Source: Methanomassiliicoccaceae archaeon (GTDB taxonomy: Archaea > Thermoplasmatota > Thermoplasmata > Methanomassiliicoccales > Methanomassiliicoccaceae). Taken from it: a stretch of 64,000 bases of DNA. The notes under the pieces were generated by a model. That model was not told the origin of the DNA. It saw only the letters and a program-made list of their open reading frames with translations, and did no database searches. Each line of letters opens with the position of its first letter. Position 1 is the first letter of the stretch. Positions 31,394 to 41,179 of this stretch are shown here, one piece after another. The position numbers and the translations under genes are program-made. The DNA lies in assembly GCA_963728405.1 (NCBI GenBank), contig CAVSJV010000004.1, positions 128,001 to 192,000 of the forward strand, in the 5' to 3' direction.

Positions 31394-31615
31394 TCCAGCT
31401 ATCCTCGTTCTTCTGTTTGAGGTCCGTTGATAAAAAGCTACCAATATTAAGGATGATGACCCAAATGGGACAATCGAGTCCCTAGCTGTTGCAGAAGGGA
31501 CTATCTGGCCTAACGACTTTCCTAGGTGTCCCGGGGGAGACGAGAGGGGTGCTGTTTGTCGGAGTTCGCTCATCAATCCTTTATAATACGGTCTTAGTGA
31601 ACAGGACCGATCTCA

Positions 31616-32935
31616 ATGGTATCCAGTAAGAACAAGGAAAGCACTTCCAAGTCAACCAAGGAGAAAGTGGTCCTGGCATACTCCGGCGGTCTGGACACCT
31701 CGGTGGCCATTCGCTGGCTCCAGGAGAAGTACGACCTAGACGTAATCGCCGTCTCCATCGACGTGGGCCAGCCTGGCGACATGAAGAAGAACATCGAAAG
31801 GGCCAAGACCATTGGCGCAGTGGCCGCCTACGCCCTCGACGCCCGCGTTGTATTCGCCGAGGACTATGTCTGGCCGTCCCTGAAGGCCAACGCTCTCTAC
31901 CAGGGCATCTATCCGCTTTCCACCTCCATTGCCCGCCCCCTCATCGCCAAGCTGCTGGTGGACGTGGCCCGGAAGGAGAGGGCATCGTACATCGCACACG
32001 GTTGCACAGCCAAGGGCAACGATCAGGTGCGCTTCGACGTCAGCATCGGCGCGCTGGCCCCAGACCTCAAGATCATCGCCCCCATGAGGGAGTGGGTCAT
32101 GACCCGGGAAGAGGAGATCGATTATGCGAAGAAGAACGATATCCCCATTCCCGTGAAGAAGGCCTGCCCATACTCCACTGACGAGAACCTATGGGGCCGC
32201 AGCTGTGAATGCGGTATCATCGAGGATGCCTCCAAGGAGCCGCCCGAGGACTCCCATGAGTGGACCGTTTCCCCGCTCAAGGCGCCCAACAAGCCAACTT
32301 ATGTCGAGATCGGGTTCGAGCAGGGCGTGCCGGTCTCCATCGATGGTCGCAAGCTCCCGCCGGTCGAACTGATCATGAAGCTCAACAAGGTCGCCGGCGA
32401 GAACGGCGTCGGTCGGATCGACCATGTCGAGGACCGGCTAGTAGGCATCAAGTCTCGCGAGACCTACGAATGTCCCGCCGCCATCACTCTCATCAAGGCA
32501 CACCAGGCACTGGAGGGTATGGTTCTGATCAAGGATGTCCTCTCGTACAAGAAGGGCATCGAGCAGCGGTTCTCCGAGCTCGCCTACGACGGCTTGTGGT
32601 TCTCTCCGCTCAAGGACGCCCTGGACGCATTCGTGGACACCACCCAGAGATATGTTACTGGCATGGTCCGGATCAAACTGTACAAGGGCAACGTCGAGGT
32701 CGTGGGCCGCGAATCGCCGTACTCACTGTACAACGAGGGGCTGGCCACCTACGCCAAGGGCGATGAGTTCGACCACACCTCGGCCAAGGGCTTCATCTAT
32801 GTGTGGGGCCTGCCACTGAGGACGGTGGCCGCCGCTCACAAGGCCAAGATGAAGGTGGTGGAGCATGAGGCGGAGAAGGCCAAGCCCGCGGCCAAGAAGC
32901 CCCGTGAGGCAACCCGCAAAAAGGCCGCCAACTAG
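31616..32935 (+). CDS. argG: Argininosuccinate synthase
   Basis: LAYSGGLDTS, HGCTAKGNDQVRF, DENLWGRS, GIKSRE. Confidence 0.97.
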   Translation: MVSSKNKESTSKSTKEKVVLAYSGGLDTSVAIRWLQEKYDLDVIAVSIDVGQPGDMKKNIERAKTIGAVAAYALDARVVFAEDYVWPSLKANALYQGIYPLSTSIARPLIAKLLVDVARKERASYIAHGCTAKGNDQVRFDVSIGALAPDLKIIAPMREWVMTREEEIDYAKKNDIPIPVKKACPYSTDENLWGRSCECGIIEDASKEPPEDSHEWTVSPLKAPNKPTYVEIGFEQGVPVSIDGRKLPPVELIMKLNKVAGENGVGRIDHVEDRLVGIKSRETYECPAAITLIKAHQALEGMVLIKDVLSYKKGIEQRFSELAYDGLWFSPLKDALDAFVDTTQRYVTGMVRIKLYKGNVEVVGRESPYSLYNEGLATYAKGDEFDHTSAKGFIYVWGLPLRTVAAAHKAKMKVVEHEAEKAKPAAKKPREATRKKAAN

Positions 32936-33030
32936 GCGACCGACCCCCAAATCTCTTCAACACATTTCCTTTTTATCAGAAACGCAGTTCTGGACGTGAG
33001 AACGGTGACATTCATCGAAGGTGAACGGCA

Positions 33031-34482
33031 ATGAGCGATGACAAGAAGACGCTGTGGTCAGGAAGGTTCAGCCAGGGCGTGGCCGAGAGCACCCTTGCCT
33101 TCACTTCCTCGCTGGCGGTCGATCAGAGATTGGCCCGCTATGACGTGCTTGGTTCCCTCGCGCACGCCAAGATGCTAGCACGCCAAGGGATCATCTCCGC
33201 CGAGGACGGCCGGAAGATCGAGCTCGGATTGAAGGACATCATGGCGCAGGTGAACGACGGGACGTTGCCGATCCAACCGCAGCTGGAGGATATCCACTCC
33301 AACATCGAGTTCCTGCTGACCGACCGGGTCAAGGATGCGGGGGCGCGGCTGCATACGGCGCGAAGCCGGAACGACCAGGTCATCACCGACGTCCGCATGT
33401 TCCTGAGGGACGCGACGCTCGACACGATCGATGCCATCCGGACCGCGGAGAGGGCGCTGATGGAGCGGGCGAGCGAGAACCTGGACACCATCCTTCCCGG
33501 CTTCACCCACGTCCAGCATGCCCAGCCCGTGACGGTAGGACACTGGCTCATGGCCCATTTCTTCCGGCTGCACCGGGATGCCGAGCGGCTGATGGATTCG
33601 TACAAGCGGGTGAACATCTCGCCGCTGGGCTCGGCGGCACTGGCCGGCACCACTTACAACATTGACCGCATGTTCACCGCCCACCTGCTGGGCTTCGAGG
33701 CACCGTGCCCCAACTCCATCGATGGGGTCTCCGACCGCGACTTTGTGGCCGAGTACCTGTTCGATGCCGCCCTGACCGCGGTCCACCTATCCTCCATGTG
33801 CGAGGAGCTGGTGTACTGGTCATCACCGGAGTTCGGGTTCATCGAGATGGCCGATGCCTACTCGACCGGTTCGAGCATCATGCCTCAGAAGAAGAACCCT
33901 GACGTCGCCGAGCTGACCCGTGGCCGGGCCGGCGCGGCCCTCGGGGACCTGGTCAACATACTCACCACGATGAAGGGGCTGCCCACCGCTTACAATCGCG
34001 ACCTGCAAGAGGATAAGCCTGCCCTATTCGCCTCGTACGACCGCCTGGTACCTTGCCTGCGGATGACCGCGGCCATGATATCCACGATGCAGTTGAACAA
34101 AGAGCGGATGCTGGCGGCCTGCCAGGACGGATACTTGAACGCGACTGACCTCGCCGATTACCTTGCCATGAGGGGGCTGCCGTTCCGCAAGGCCCACGAG
34201 GTGGTTGGCGCGATCGTCCGCCACGCCATCGATCGCCGGAAGCGCCTGGAGGACCTGAGCCTCGATGAGCTTCGCGGCTTCTGCGACCTCATCGACCAGG
34301 ACGTGTTCTCAGTGCTGCCGATCGAGCGCTGCGTCGCTCGCAGGACCTCCATCGGGGGGACGTCCCCTGAGGTCACGCCAATGCAGCTGAGCCAGGCCAT
34401 GTCGGTCCTGCGTCGGCAGGGCGATTTCGTTGAAAAGGAGAGGGGACGGATCGAGAGGGCGTTCAATGGTCTGACCACCTAG
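33031..34482 (+). CDS. argH: Argininosuccinate lyase
   Basis: LWSGRF, LHTARSRNDQ, GSSIMPQKKNPD, YNRDLQEDK. Confidence 0.97.
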   Translation: MSDDKKTLWSGRFSQGVAESTLAFTSSLAVDQRLARYDVLGSLAHAKMLARQGIISAEDGRKIELGLKDIMAQVNDGTLPIQPQLEDIHSNIEFLLTDRVKDAGARLHTARSRNDQVITDVRMFLRDATLDTIDAIRTAERALMERASENLDTILPGFTHVQHAQPVTVGHWLMAHFFRLHRDAERLMDSYKRVNISPLGSAALAGTTYNIDRMFTAHLLGFEAPCPNSIDGVSDRDFVAEYLFDAALTAVHLSSMCEELVYWSSPEFGFIEMADAYSTGSSIMPQKKNPDVAELTRGRAGAALGDLVNILTTMKGLPTAYNRDLQEDKPALFASYDRLVPCLRMTAAMISTMQLNKERMLAACQDGYLNATDLADYLAMRGLPFRKAHEVVGAIVRHAIDRRKRLEDLSLDELRGFCDLIDQDVFSVLPIERCVARRTSIGGTSPEVTPMQLSQAMSVLRRQGDFVEKERGRIERAFNGLTT

Positions 34483-34565
34483 AGCGATCCTCGGTCGATC
34501 GATAGCAATATCGCTCGGCTGGTCAGTAAGGATGTGGGGAGAACGTGTCATTCTTAGAACTGATC

Positions 34566-34685
34566 ATGGCCGATGCACCCGTCATCAAAGTGAAAGCCGT
34601 CAAGGAGCAAAGGGGCCGGAAGAAGAACAGTGGGAACCGGAAAAGAATGACCAATGTCCAGGCTAGGAACCCTAGAAAACGGTGA
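34566..34685 (+). CDS. Putative 39-aa highly basic small protein
   Basis: MADAPVIKVKAVKEQRGRKKNSGNRKRMTNVQARNPRKR; fills the intergenic gap; alternative GTG at 34545. Confidence 0.45.
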   Translation: MADAPVIKVKAVKEQRGRKKNSGNRKRMTNVQARNPRKR

Positions 34686-34725
34686 TCCCACAATCCGTTA
34701 CTAAAATGGTATAGAATTGTAACGC

Positions 34726-35097
34726 CTAGTTGGCGTCCTTGCCGCCCAGGGCATTCCATTGCAAGGTGTGCTTGATGCCGTCCTTCGAGAGCATCTTGCT
34801 GATCTTTTCGCTGAGGCGAACGACCTCGCTGCCGGCAGTGTTGGACTTCAGGTAGAACTGCTTGCTGCCGATGGGGAACACCATCCGCATGCGACCCTTG
34901 CGGTTGTATCCCTCGGGCTTCTCGTTCTTCTGAAGGGCCTGCTGGTTGATGAAAATGAACATCTGGAGGACATCCTCGTCGTCAGGCATCTGGTCTGTCT
35001 CTTCCAGGAACATCTTCAAGATCTCCGGGAATGCCTCCTCGAGGTCCTTGTACTGGAAATCTTCTTCAAAGATGAAATGCCCACTGGTCGCCTTCAT
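34726..35097 (-). CDS. Hypothetical protein
   Basis: 123-aa ORF with strongly host-like codon usage and upstream TATA. Confidence 0.75.
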   Translation of the reverse strand: MKATSGHFIFEEDFQYKDLEEAFPEILKMFLEETDQMPDDEDVLQMFIFINQQALQKNEKPEGYNRKGRMRMVFPIGSKQFYLKSNTAGSEVVRLSEKISKMLSKDGIKHTLQWNALGGKDAN

Positions 35098-35212
35098 TAG
35101 CTTTTTGAAGGGCTGGTGTGTATTTATAATTTATTCCCTCGCTTCCACCGGGTAACGGGGAATTGAAAGGCAACGTAGGTGAATATTAATTAGACCTATC
35201 AAATACAAGGGC

Positions 35213-36526
35213 ATGCTTGTTGCGCTGACCATTGCTGGCTCCGACTCAGTGGGCGGGGCGGGGATCGAGGCAGACATCAAGGCCTTCGCATCGCAGGGCG
35301 TCCACGGGGCCGTCGCTATAACAGCGGTCACCGCCCAGAACACCCAAAGGGTCGCCGCCATCTACCCGATGTCGGCCGATGCGGTGATGGCCCAGATTGA
35401 TGCGGTCCTCGGCGATGTCCATGTCTCGGCGGCCAAGACTGGCATGCTGTACTCTCAGGAGATCATTTCGGCGGTCGCCGGGCGACTTTCCGGAAAGGGC
35501 ATCCCGCTGGTGGTCGATCCAGTCATGGTGGCCGGCACCGGCAACCTGCTGGCCACGGAGACCCACCTCATCTCCATGCGGGAGGACCTCATCCCGATCG
35601 CCACCATCGTCACCCCCAATGTCCCGGAGGCCGAGGCCCTGGTGGAATACAAGATCACCGACGATCAGAAGGTCCGCCAGGCCTGCCGAGATATTGCCAA
35701 AATGGGCGCCGAGGCCGTCCTGCTCAAGGGCGGGCACATGTGTGGTAACTCGTGCGTGGATACCTTCTATTACAATGGTAAGGTCCTGCAGCTGGAGACG
35801 CCACGGATCGAAGGCCGCGGCCATGGTGGAGGATGCATCTTGTCCTCGTATCTCGCCGCCAACCTGGCTAAGGGCATGGGACTATGGGAAGCGTCCCTGG
35901 CCGCCAAGGCGTCCATCAACGACGCGATCGCCCATCAGTATACCGTGGGTGTGGGAATGCCAGTCGTGGAGCCGCTGGGCCGCCAGCTCAGGGATGGGCA
36001 AAGGCACCAGGTTGCCACCCGGCTGAGGGCGGCCATGCTCGACTTGATCGATGTCCTGCCCCGGGAATGGATCCCCGAAGTGGGGACGAACATGGTGTTC
36101 GCCCTTCCCGGAGCGAGGAACGCTGACGAGGTCTGCGCGCTGGAATCGAGGATCGTTGGTCTTAGGGGCAGGGCCGTATCGGCCGGTTGCGTCTCCTTCG
36201 GCGCTTCGGTCCACGTGGCGACAATAGCCCTAACGGCCATGAAGTACGACGGCGGCATGCGCTCGGCCATGAACCTACGATTCTCTGATGAGCATGTCGC
36301 GGCGTTGCGGAGGGCCGGACTGAGCATCGGCTCGTTCGAGCGGAAGGGGGGACCGAAGCATTACTGTCAGGATACAGATCATGGGACGGAAGATGCTATA
36401 AGGGCCCTTGGATTTGTACCCGATGTGATATATGACCGCGGTGCTCCTGGAAAGGAGTCGATGGTCCGGCTTCTCGCTTCCTCTCCCGAGGAAATGGTGA
36501 GCAAATTAAAGAAGGTCCTGGTCTGA
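35213..36526 (+). CDS. thiD: Bifunctional HMP/HMP-P kinase and thiamine-phosphate synthase (ThiD-ThiN)
   Basis: [34 protein letters not shown]; Thi[27 protein letters not shown]. Confidence 0.93.
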   Translation: MLVALTIAGSDSVGGAGIEADIKAFASQGVHGAVAITAVTAQNTQRVAAIYPMSADAVMAQIDAVLGDVHVSAAKTGMLYSQEIISAVAGRLSGKGIPLVVDPVMVAGTGNLLATETHLISMREDLIPIATIVTPNVPEAEALVEYKITDDQKVRQACRDIAKMGAEAVLLKGGHMCGNSCVDTFYYNGKVLQLETPRIEGRGHGGGCILSSYLAANLAKGMGLWEASLAAKASINDAIAHQYTVGVGMPVVEPLGRQLRDGQRHQVATRLRAAMLDLIDVLPREWIPEVGTNMVFALPGARNADEVCALESRIVGLRGRAVSAGCVSFGASVHVATIALTAMKYDGGMRSAMNLRFSDEHVAALRRAGLSIGSFERKGGPKHYCQDTDHGTEDAIRALGFVPDVIYDRGAPGKESMVRLLASSPEEMVSKLKKVLV

Positions 36527-36528
36527 GT

Positions 36529-37704
36529 ATGGAAAAATTGCGCATCGCCATGTTCACTGACAGTTACCTCCCGGCGCGAGACGGGGTGGTCAACTCCATA
36601 ATACTGACCAAGAGACAACTAGAGCTCATGGGCCATGAGGTCATCGTGTTCGCTCCCGAACCATGGGACGGGCACCGTGAAAGTGGGATCTATTATTTCC
36701 GATCGGTGAATTTCAAGAAATACCCCGGTTACAGCATTCCGATGTTCCCGACCAACAAATGCGAGATACTTCGGGAGCTGGACGTGGACGTCATTCACAC
36801 TCATGGCCTCTTGTTCATGGGCGTCCGCAGCATGTTCGCCGCCAGGACGCTGGGAAAACCAGTGGTCGTCTCCTTCCATACCATGGTCACCGACGCGGCG
36901 AAGTATTACGCTCGAATTCCCATTCCCGACTGGATGACCACGAGGCTGTTCTGGATCTACCTGCGGGAGCTCCTGGAACGCGCCGACGCGGTGGTCGCGC
37001 CGACGCTGGCGATAAAGAACGAGCTGCTGACCTATGCCCCCGACATGAATCGAATCGACGTCATCCCTACCGGCGTCGATTGCACCAGGTTCTGCCCGGA
37101 GAACGACGGCTCATCCATCCGGCACCGGTACGGCCTGGATGGCGAGAAAGTGCTCCTGCATGTAGGCCGTATCGCCTGGGAGAAGAACCTCGATCTGGTC
37201 ATCGACGGATTCGTAAGCCTGGCCAAGGGCGACCCCCGGGTCCGGCTGCTGATCGTCGGCGAGGGACCGGCCAAGAAGCATTACCAGCAGCTCGTGGCCG
37301 ACAAAGGCATAGCCGACAAGACCATCTTTACCGGGTTCATCCCGGACGAGGAGCTACCTCAGGTCTATGCGGCCTGCGATGCCTTCACCATCGCATCCAA
37401 GTTCGAGACCCAGGGCCTGGTGGCGCTGGAGGCGATGGCCACCGGGAAGCCGGTGGCCGGTATTAACTTCCGAGCGATAGCCGAGATCGTACGCCCAGGA
37501 GTGAACGGCTTCCTTTTCGAAGATGATCCTGCCTCGTGCGCCCTGGCCATGAGGGACGCGTTGAACAATACTAACGGCATACGGACGAGGGCGAGGGAGT
37601 ACGCTAAGGGATACGCGGTCGAGGAGAGCGTGCTCAAGCTGGTCAATCTGTATAAGTTCGCCATAGAGAACAAAAAGGCCACCCTGAACGGAAAGATTTT
37701 CTAA
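36529..37704 (+). CDS. GT4 glycosyltransferase (monoglucosyl-DAG synthase-like)
   Basis: FTDSYLP..DGV, VGRIAWEKN, SKFETQGLVALEAMATG. Confidence 0.9.
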   Translation: MEKLRIAMFTDSYLPARDGVVNSIILTKRQLELMGHEVIVFAPEPWDGHRESGIYYFRSVNFKKYPGYSIPMFPTNKCEILRELDVDVIHTHGLLFMGVRSMFAARTLGKPVVVSFHTMVTDAAKYYARIPIPDWMTTRLFWIYLRELLERADAVVAPTLAIKNELLTYAPDMNRIDVIPTGVDCTRFCPENDGSSIRHRYGLDGEKVLLHVGRIAWEKNLDLVIDGFVSLAKGDPRVRLLIVGEGPAKKHYQQLVADKGIADKTIFTGFIPDEELPQVYAACDAFTIASKFETQGLVALEAMATGKPVAGINFRAIAEIVRPGVNGFLFEDDPASCALAMRDALNNTNGIRTRAREYAKGYAVEESVLKLVNLYKFAIENKKATLNGKIF

Positions 37705-37727
37705 GGGGGAGGCGTCTACCTGCCAAA

Positions 37728-38333
37728 ATGACCGACATAGGCACTTTCTTTACCGAACTGTTCACCCCGCTCGGCCTATGGGGCGGTCTGATCTGTATCT
37801 TTGTCCTGTTCTACATCGACGCGATCATCTTCCCGACCTTGCCGGAACTGTTCACCGTGCTCATCTTTACCAACGCCTCGGACTACGGTGTCGACACCCT
37901 GACATTTGGCGTCAGCATCTTGGCGACCATCGTGGTGGCGGAGATCGTCGGGGTCATGACCCTTTACTACATCGTCAAGAGCGCCAAGCTGCCACATCGG
38001 GTCCAAAAGATCGTGAAACGGTACCAGGGCTTCTTAATATGTCCAGACGAACGCATGATCCTCGTCAACCGGTTAGCACCAATCCTCCCGTTCCTGGGAG
38101 CGTTCGTCGCCCTGGCCGGGTGGGAGCTGAAAAAATCGCTCTACTACGTGGTCCTGGGCGGCATCATCAAGTACGGGATAATCCTGGCCCTTAGCGGCCT
38201 GTTCCTCACCTACTTCAGCAAGGGTACCGCTACGACCGTGACGGTGGTCATGGTCATAATCATAATCATCTTGAGCATGATGGTGTCCTACTACCGCAAA
38301 CGGAGGCTGAACAATGCGCATAGTGCAACTTAA
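37728..38333 (+). CDS. DedA/VTT-like membrane protein
   Basis: IDAIIFPTLPELF, NRLAPILPFLG, multiple TM helices. Confidence 0.65.
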   Translation: MTDIGTFFTELFTPLGLWGGLICIFVLFYIDAIIFPTLPELFTVLIFTNASDYGVDTLTFGVSILATIVVAEIVGVMTLYYIVKSAKLPHRVQKIVKRYQGFLICPDERMILVNRLAPILPFLGAFVALAGWELKKSLYYVVLGGIIKYGIILALSGLFLTYFSKGTATTVTVVMVIIIIILSMMVSYYRKRRLNNAHSAT

Positions 38334-39378
38334 CCCCTATCACTATCCTTACATGGGCGGCATAGAGCACCGCGTCCATGAGGTCTCCAAGCGACTCTCC
38401 TCGAAGCACGAGATGATCGTGCTGACCGGTCACCTGCCAGGGACCGAGGCGGAGGAGGAAAGGGACGGCTATCGGATCATTAGGCTCCCATCTCGCCTGG
38501 TGGACTTCTACAATCCGCCGTTCATCTCAACGCCGGGTGTCCTCAAGGCCCTCGAGAAGCTCGACCCGGACGTGGTCGACTTTCACTATCGTTGGGCACC
38601 ATCATACACTAAGGCCATGAACCAATACTGCGGCAAGTGGACGTTTACGTTCCACAACACCTACGGAGAAGGTCATGGGCTGAACCGGGCGGTGAGCCTC
38701 ATCAATGATGCCATGTTCTGCCGCCGCATCAGGGAGCAGCGGGTGATCTGCATCACCGAGTTCATCAAGGGCGATCTGATCAAGAGGTCATTCTCCCCGG
38801 ACAAGCTGGAAGTGATCCCTCCTGGTATCGACCTGGCGGAAGCCGACGGGACCGAAGGCGATTACATACTGTTCATCGGCCGCCTCGTCGGAACGAAGGG
38901 GTTGCCGTACCTGATCCGAGCCATGGACCTAGTGGACGGTAAGCTCCTGATCGTGGGCGAGGGACCGGACCGCAGACGCCTGGAGGCCCTGGTCCGCAGA
39001 ACCGGCTTGGCGGATAAAGTGGGGTTCACCGGCCGGGTATCCGAAGACGAGAAGGTTCGGCTGCTGTCCAACTGCAAGGTTTTCGCCATGCCCTCGCTCT
39101 TCGAGTCGTACGGCCTGGCCGTTGCCGAGGCCATGTCCTGGGGCAAGCCGGTCATCGCGTCGAGGGTGGGCGGACTGCCCGAGGTCGTCGGGGACGGAGG
39201 CATCCTGTGCCCTCCCCGCGATCCCATGGCCATCGCCATCGCTCTGAACCGCCTGCTCAAGGACGACGCGGTTCGTAGGGAATACGCCCGCAACGCCAGG
39301 GTACACATCCAACGGTTCGCATGGACCAACGTGGTTAGGGATCTCGAGGCCACCTATCACAAGGTGGCCGAGGAATAG
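38314..39378 (+). CDS. GT4 glycosyltransferase
   Basis: YPYMGGIE, FIGRLVGTKG, PSLFESYGLAVAEAM..GKPVIAS.VGG. Confidence 0.92.
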   Translation: MRIVQLNPYHYPYMGGIEHRVHEVSKRLSSKHEMIVLTGHLPGTEAEEERDGYRIIRLPSRLVDFYNPPFISTPGVLKALEKLDPDVVDFHYRWAPSYTKAMNQYCGKWTFTFHNTYGEGHGLNRAVSLINDAMFCRRIREQRVICITEFIKGDLIKRSFSPDKLEVIPPGIDLAEADGTEGDYILFIGRLVGTKGLPYLIRAMDLVDGKLLIVGEGPDRRRLEALVRRTGLADKVGFTGRVSEDEKVRLLSNCKVFAMPSLFESYGLAVAEAMSWGKPVIASRVGGLPEVVGDGGILCPPRDPMAIAIALNRLLKDDAVRREYARNARVHIQRFAWTNVVRDLEATYHKVAEE

Positions 39379-39385
39379 GCCGCTC

Positions 39386-40177
39386 ATGGCCGCGGCGTCC
39401 CTGCTGTTATTGATCCTGACCATCATCACCAGCGCGCTGCTTCTCATCACCACGGTCGGGAACAACGTCCTGCACCGCACGCTGGCCGGAATGAGAAGGA
39501 ACCTGCCCTGGCTGGTCCTGCTTCTAGTGGCCACGGCGCTGGAGAGGAGCTTTGGTCAGCTGCCACCAGACCACCCCTATTTACTTGAGATGTCAGCGCA
39601 CACAGAGATACTGGCTGGCCTCTCAACCTGGCTCCAGAGCGCCATCCCCACCTTATTGGGGCCATCTATCTTTGGCACGATCTACATCATAGCCTTCCTG
39701 ATCTGCCTGATCGTCCTGCCCCTTTACCTGCTGGCTTCGGGTGAGGACATTATCTTCAAGAGATACTGCTTGAGCCTGGGCCTGGCATATTTCTTTCTGA
39801 TCATCTTCCACCTGGCCATCCTTTCGGTCCGGCCTGGCCTGGACCCTGCCTCGGGCATTGCCGGGATCCTTTATCTCGATCCGTTCTGGGGCCCCATCTC
39901 GGTTGACCTGATATCACGGGGGAACAGCTTACCCAGCGGCCATACCATCTCCCTCATGGCCACTGCCGTGGCCATATGGCCATTGAGACGTCTCCGGACA
40001 GCGGTCCTGGCGCTGCTCGGCCTGACCATGGTGGCCATCCTCTACCTGGGGATCCACTGGCCTATCGATGTTATCATTGGCATCGCCCTGGGAGCGGCGA
40101 GCGGCCTGGTGGCGATCAAGATCGTAGAAAAGTGGGAAAGGAAGAAGTTTATGCTATCGACACCACGGTCACCGTGA
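39386..40177 (+). CDS. PAP2/AUR1-like membrane phosphatase or phosphotransferase
   Basis: VRP, LPSGH, LYLGIHWPIDVIIG. Confidence 0.85.
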   Translation: MAAASLLLLILTIITSALLLITTVGNNVLHRTLAGMRRNLPWLVLLLVATALERSFGQLPPDHPYLLEMSAHTEILAGLSTWLQSAIPTLLGPSIFGTIYIIAFLICLIVLPLYLLASGEDIIFKRYCLSLGLAYFFLIIFHLAILSVRPGLDPASGIAGILYLDPFWGPISVDLISRGNSLPSGHTISLMATAVAIWPLRRLRTAVLALLGLTMVAILYLGIHWPIDVIIGIALGAASGLVAIKIVEKWERKKFMLSTPRSP

Positions 40178-41039
40178 AGGATAGGACCACACTTTTTTGC
40201 TCGGTACGGTTGTTGTCCTTATAGACAGTATATTTCCCGGCAGACGGATCAACAGTGATGACCAGTGTCTTGACCGAGTTCTCATCTAAACATCCCACAT
40301 TTCGGACGCTAGATGCATCAAGGTTGTGATGAACTGTTATGTTGTATGAATCTATATTCGTGACCGTTGCGGTCCACCCATAGGTCGGATGGTCTGCCGA
40401 TGAGTAGATCCCATAGGTGGAACCATCTGACGGACCGTTCATCACAAGAACATGGGCTGAATCTGAGGCAGATAGAACGGTGACCTGCCAACCGTATTTG
40501 GGATCGACGACAGTGAGATGGGTGCTGGCATCCTGCTTGTACATGGTCTTAAAAGCCTGGGCGGTCATCGTTTTCAAGATGGGTATTGTTTCGTTAATAT
40601 CGTAAGTAAATATTTTCGTTGGATCCATGTTCCCATACCCTTGAGACGGCTCCACGGTGATGGTCTTGGTCTCTCCGGCCGCCATGCCCAGCACGCCGCG
40701 GTCGAAACCAGTGATCATGCTGCCGGCGCCGACGGTGAAGTTAAGGGTGCCGTACATCGTCTCGCTACCGCGGTAGGTGTAGAACAGTGACTTTGGATAG
40801 GTGGTGTTGTCGCTAGCCACGGTGAACAACGAGGTATCGAAGACCCGGCCATCGGGCAGCTGGCCGATGTAGTTGACCTTTATCACGCTGCCGGATACGA
40901 CCTTCTTTTCAGCAGCCCCCAGGCCCGTTGCGAAAATGAACACACCGATGGTCGAGACGATCAAGATGGCCACGATGGCGATGGCAGCCAGTGCTGCCTT
41001 GGCGTCCCGTGAACCTGACAAGGAAGACTTGAACCTCAT
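40149..41039 (-). CDS. Exported FKBP-type PPIase with large insertion
   Basis: N-terminal TM, VNYIGQLPDGRVFDTS, VGAGSMITGFDRGVLGM, PSQGYG. Confidence 0.85.
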   Translation of the reverse strand: MRFKSSLSGSRDAKAALAAIAIVAILIVSTIGVFIFATGLGAAEKKVVSGSVIKVNYIGQLPDGRVFDTSLFTVASDNTTYPKSLFYTYRGSETMYGTLNFTVGAGSMITGFDRGVLGMAAGETKTITVEPSQGYGNMDPTKIFTYDINETIPILKTMTAQAFKTMYKQDASTHLTVVDPKYGWQVTVLSASDSAHVLVMNGPSDGSTYGIYSSADHPTYGWTATVTNIDSYNITVHHNLDASSVRNVGCLDENSVKTLVITVDPSAGKYTVYKDNNRTEQKSVVLSFTVTVVSIA

Positions 41040-41179
41040 TAGAACCCTGCCAGGGATTCGGCTAGACCGATTTATAGTTTGGGTGGGCCACATTCTAATT
41101 GGTGACCGACGCCAGTTCGCTGGCCTTCATCTATTTTCAAAAAAGGGTTTATACTCTTCAGATATTATCTGCCGATTTG

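Noticed and set aside
31394-31576. Long N-terminal extensions on argC (and similarly ACT, thrS, leuC, comD, queE) in the ORF track
   Set aside because: SD/TATA positions and family motifs point to downstream starts.
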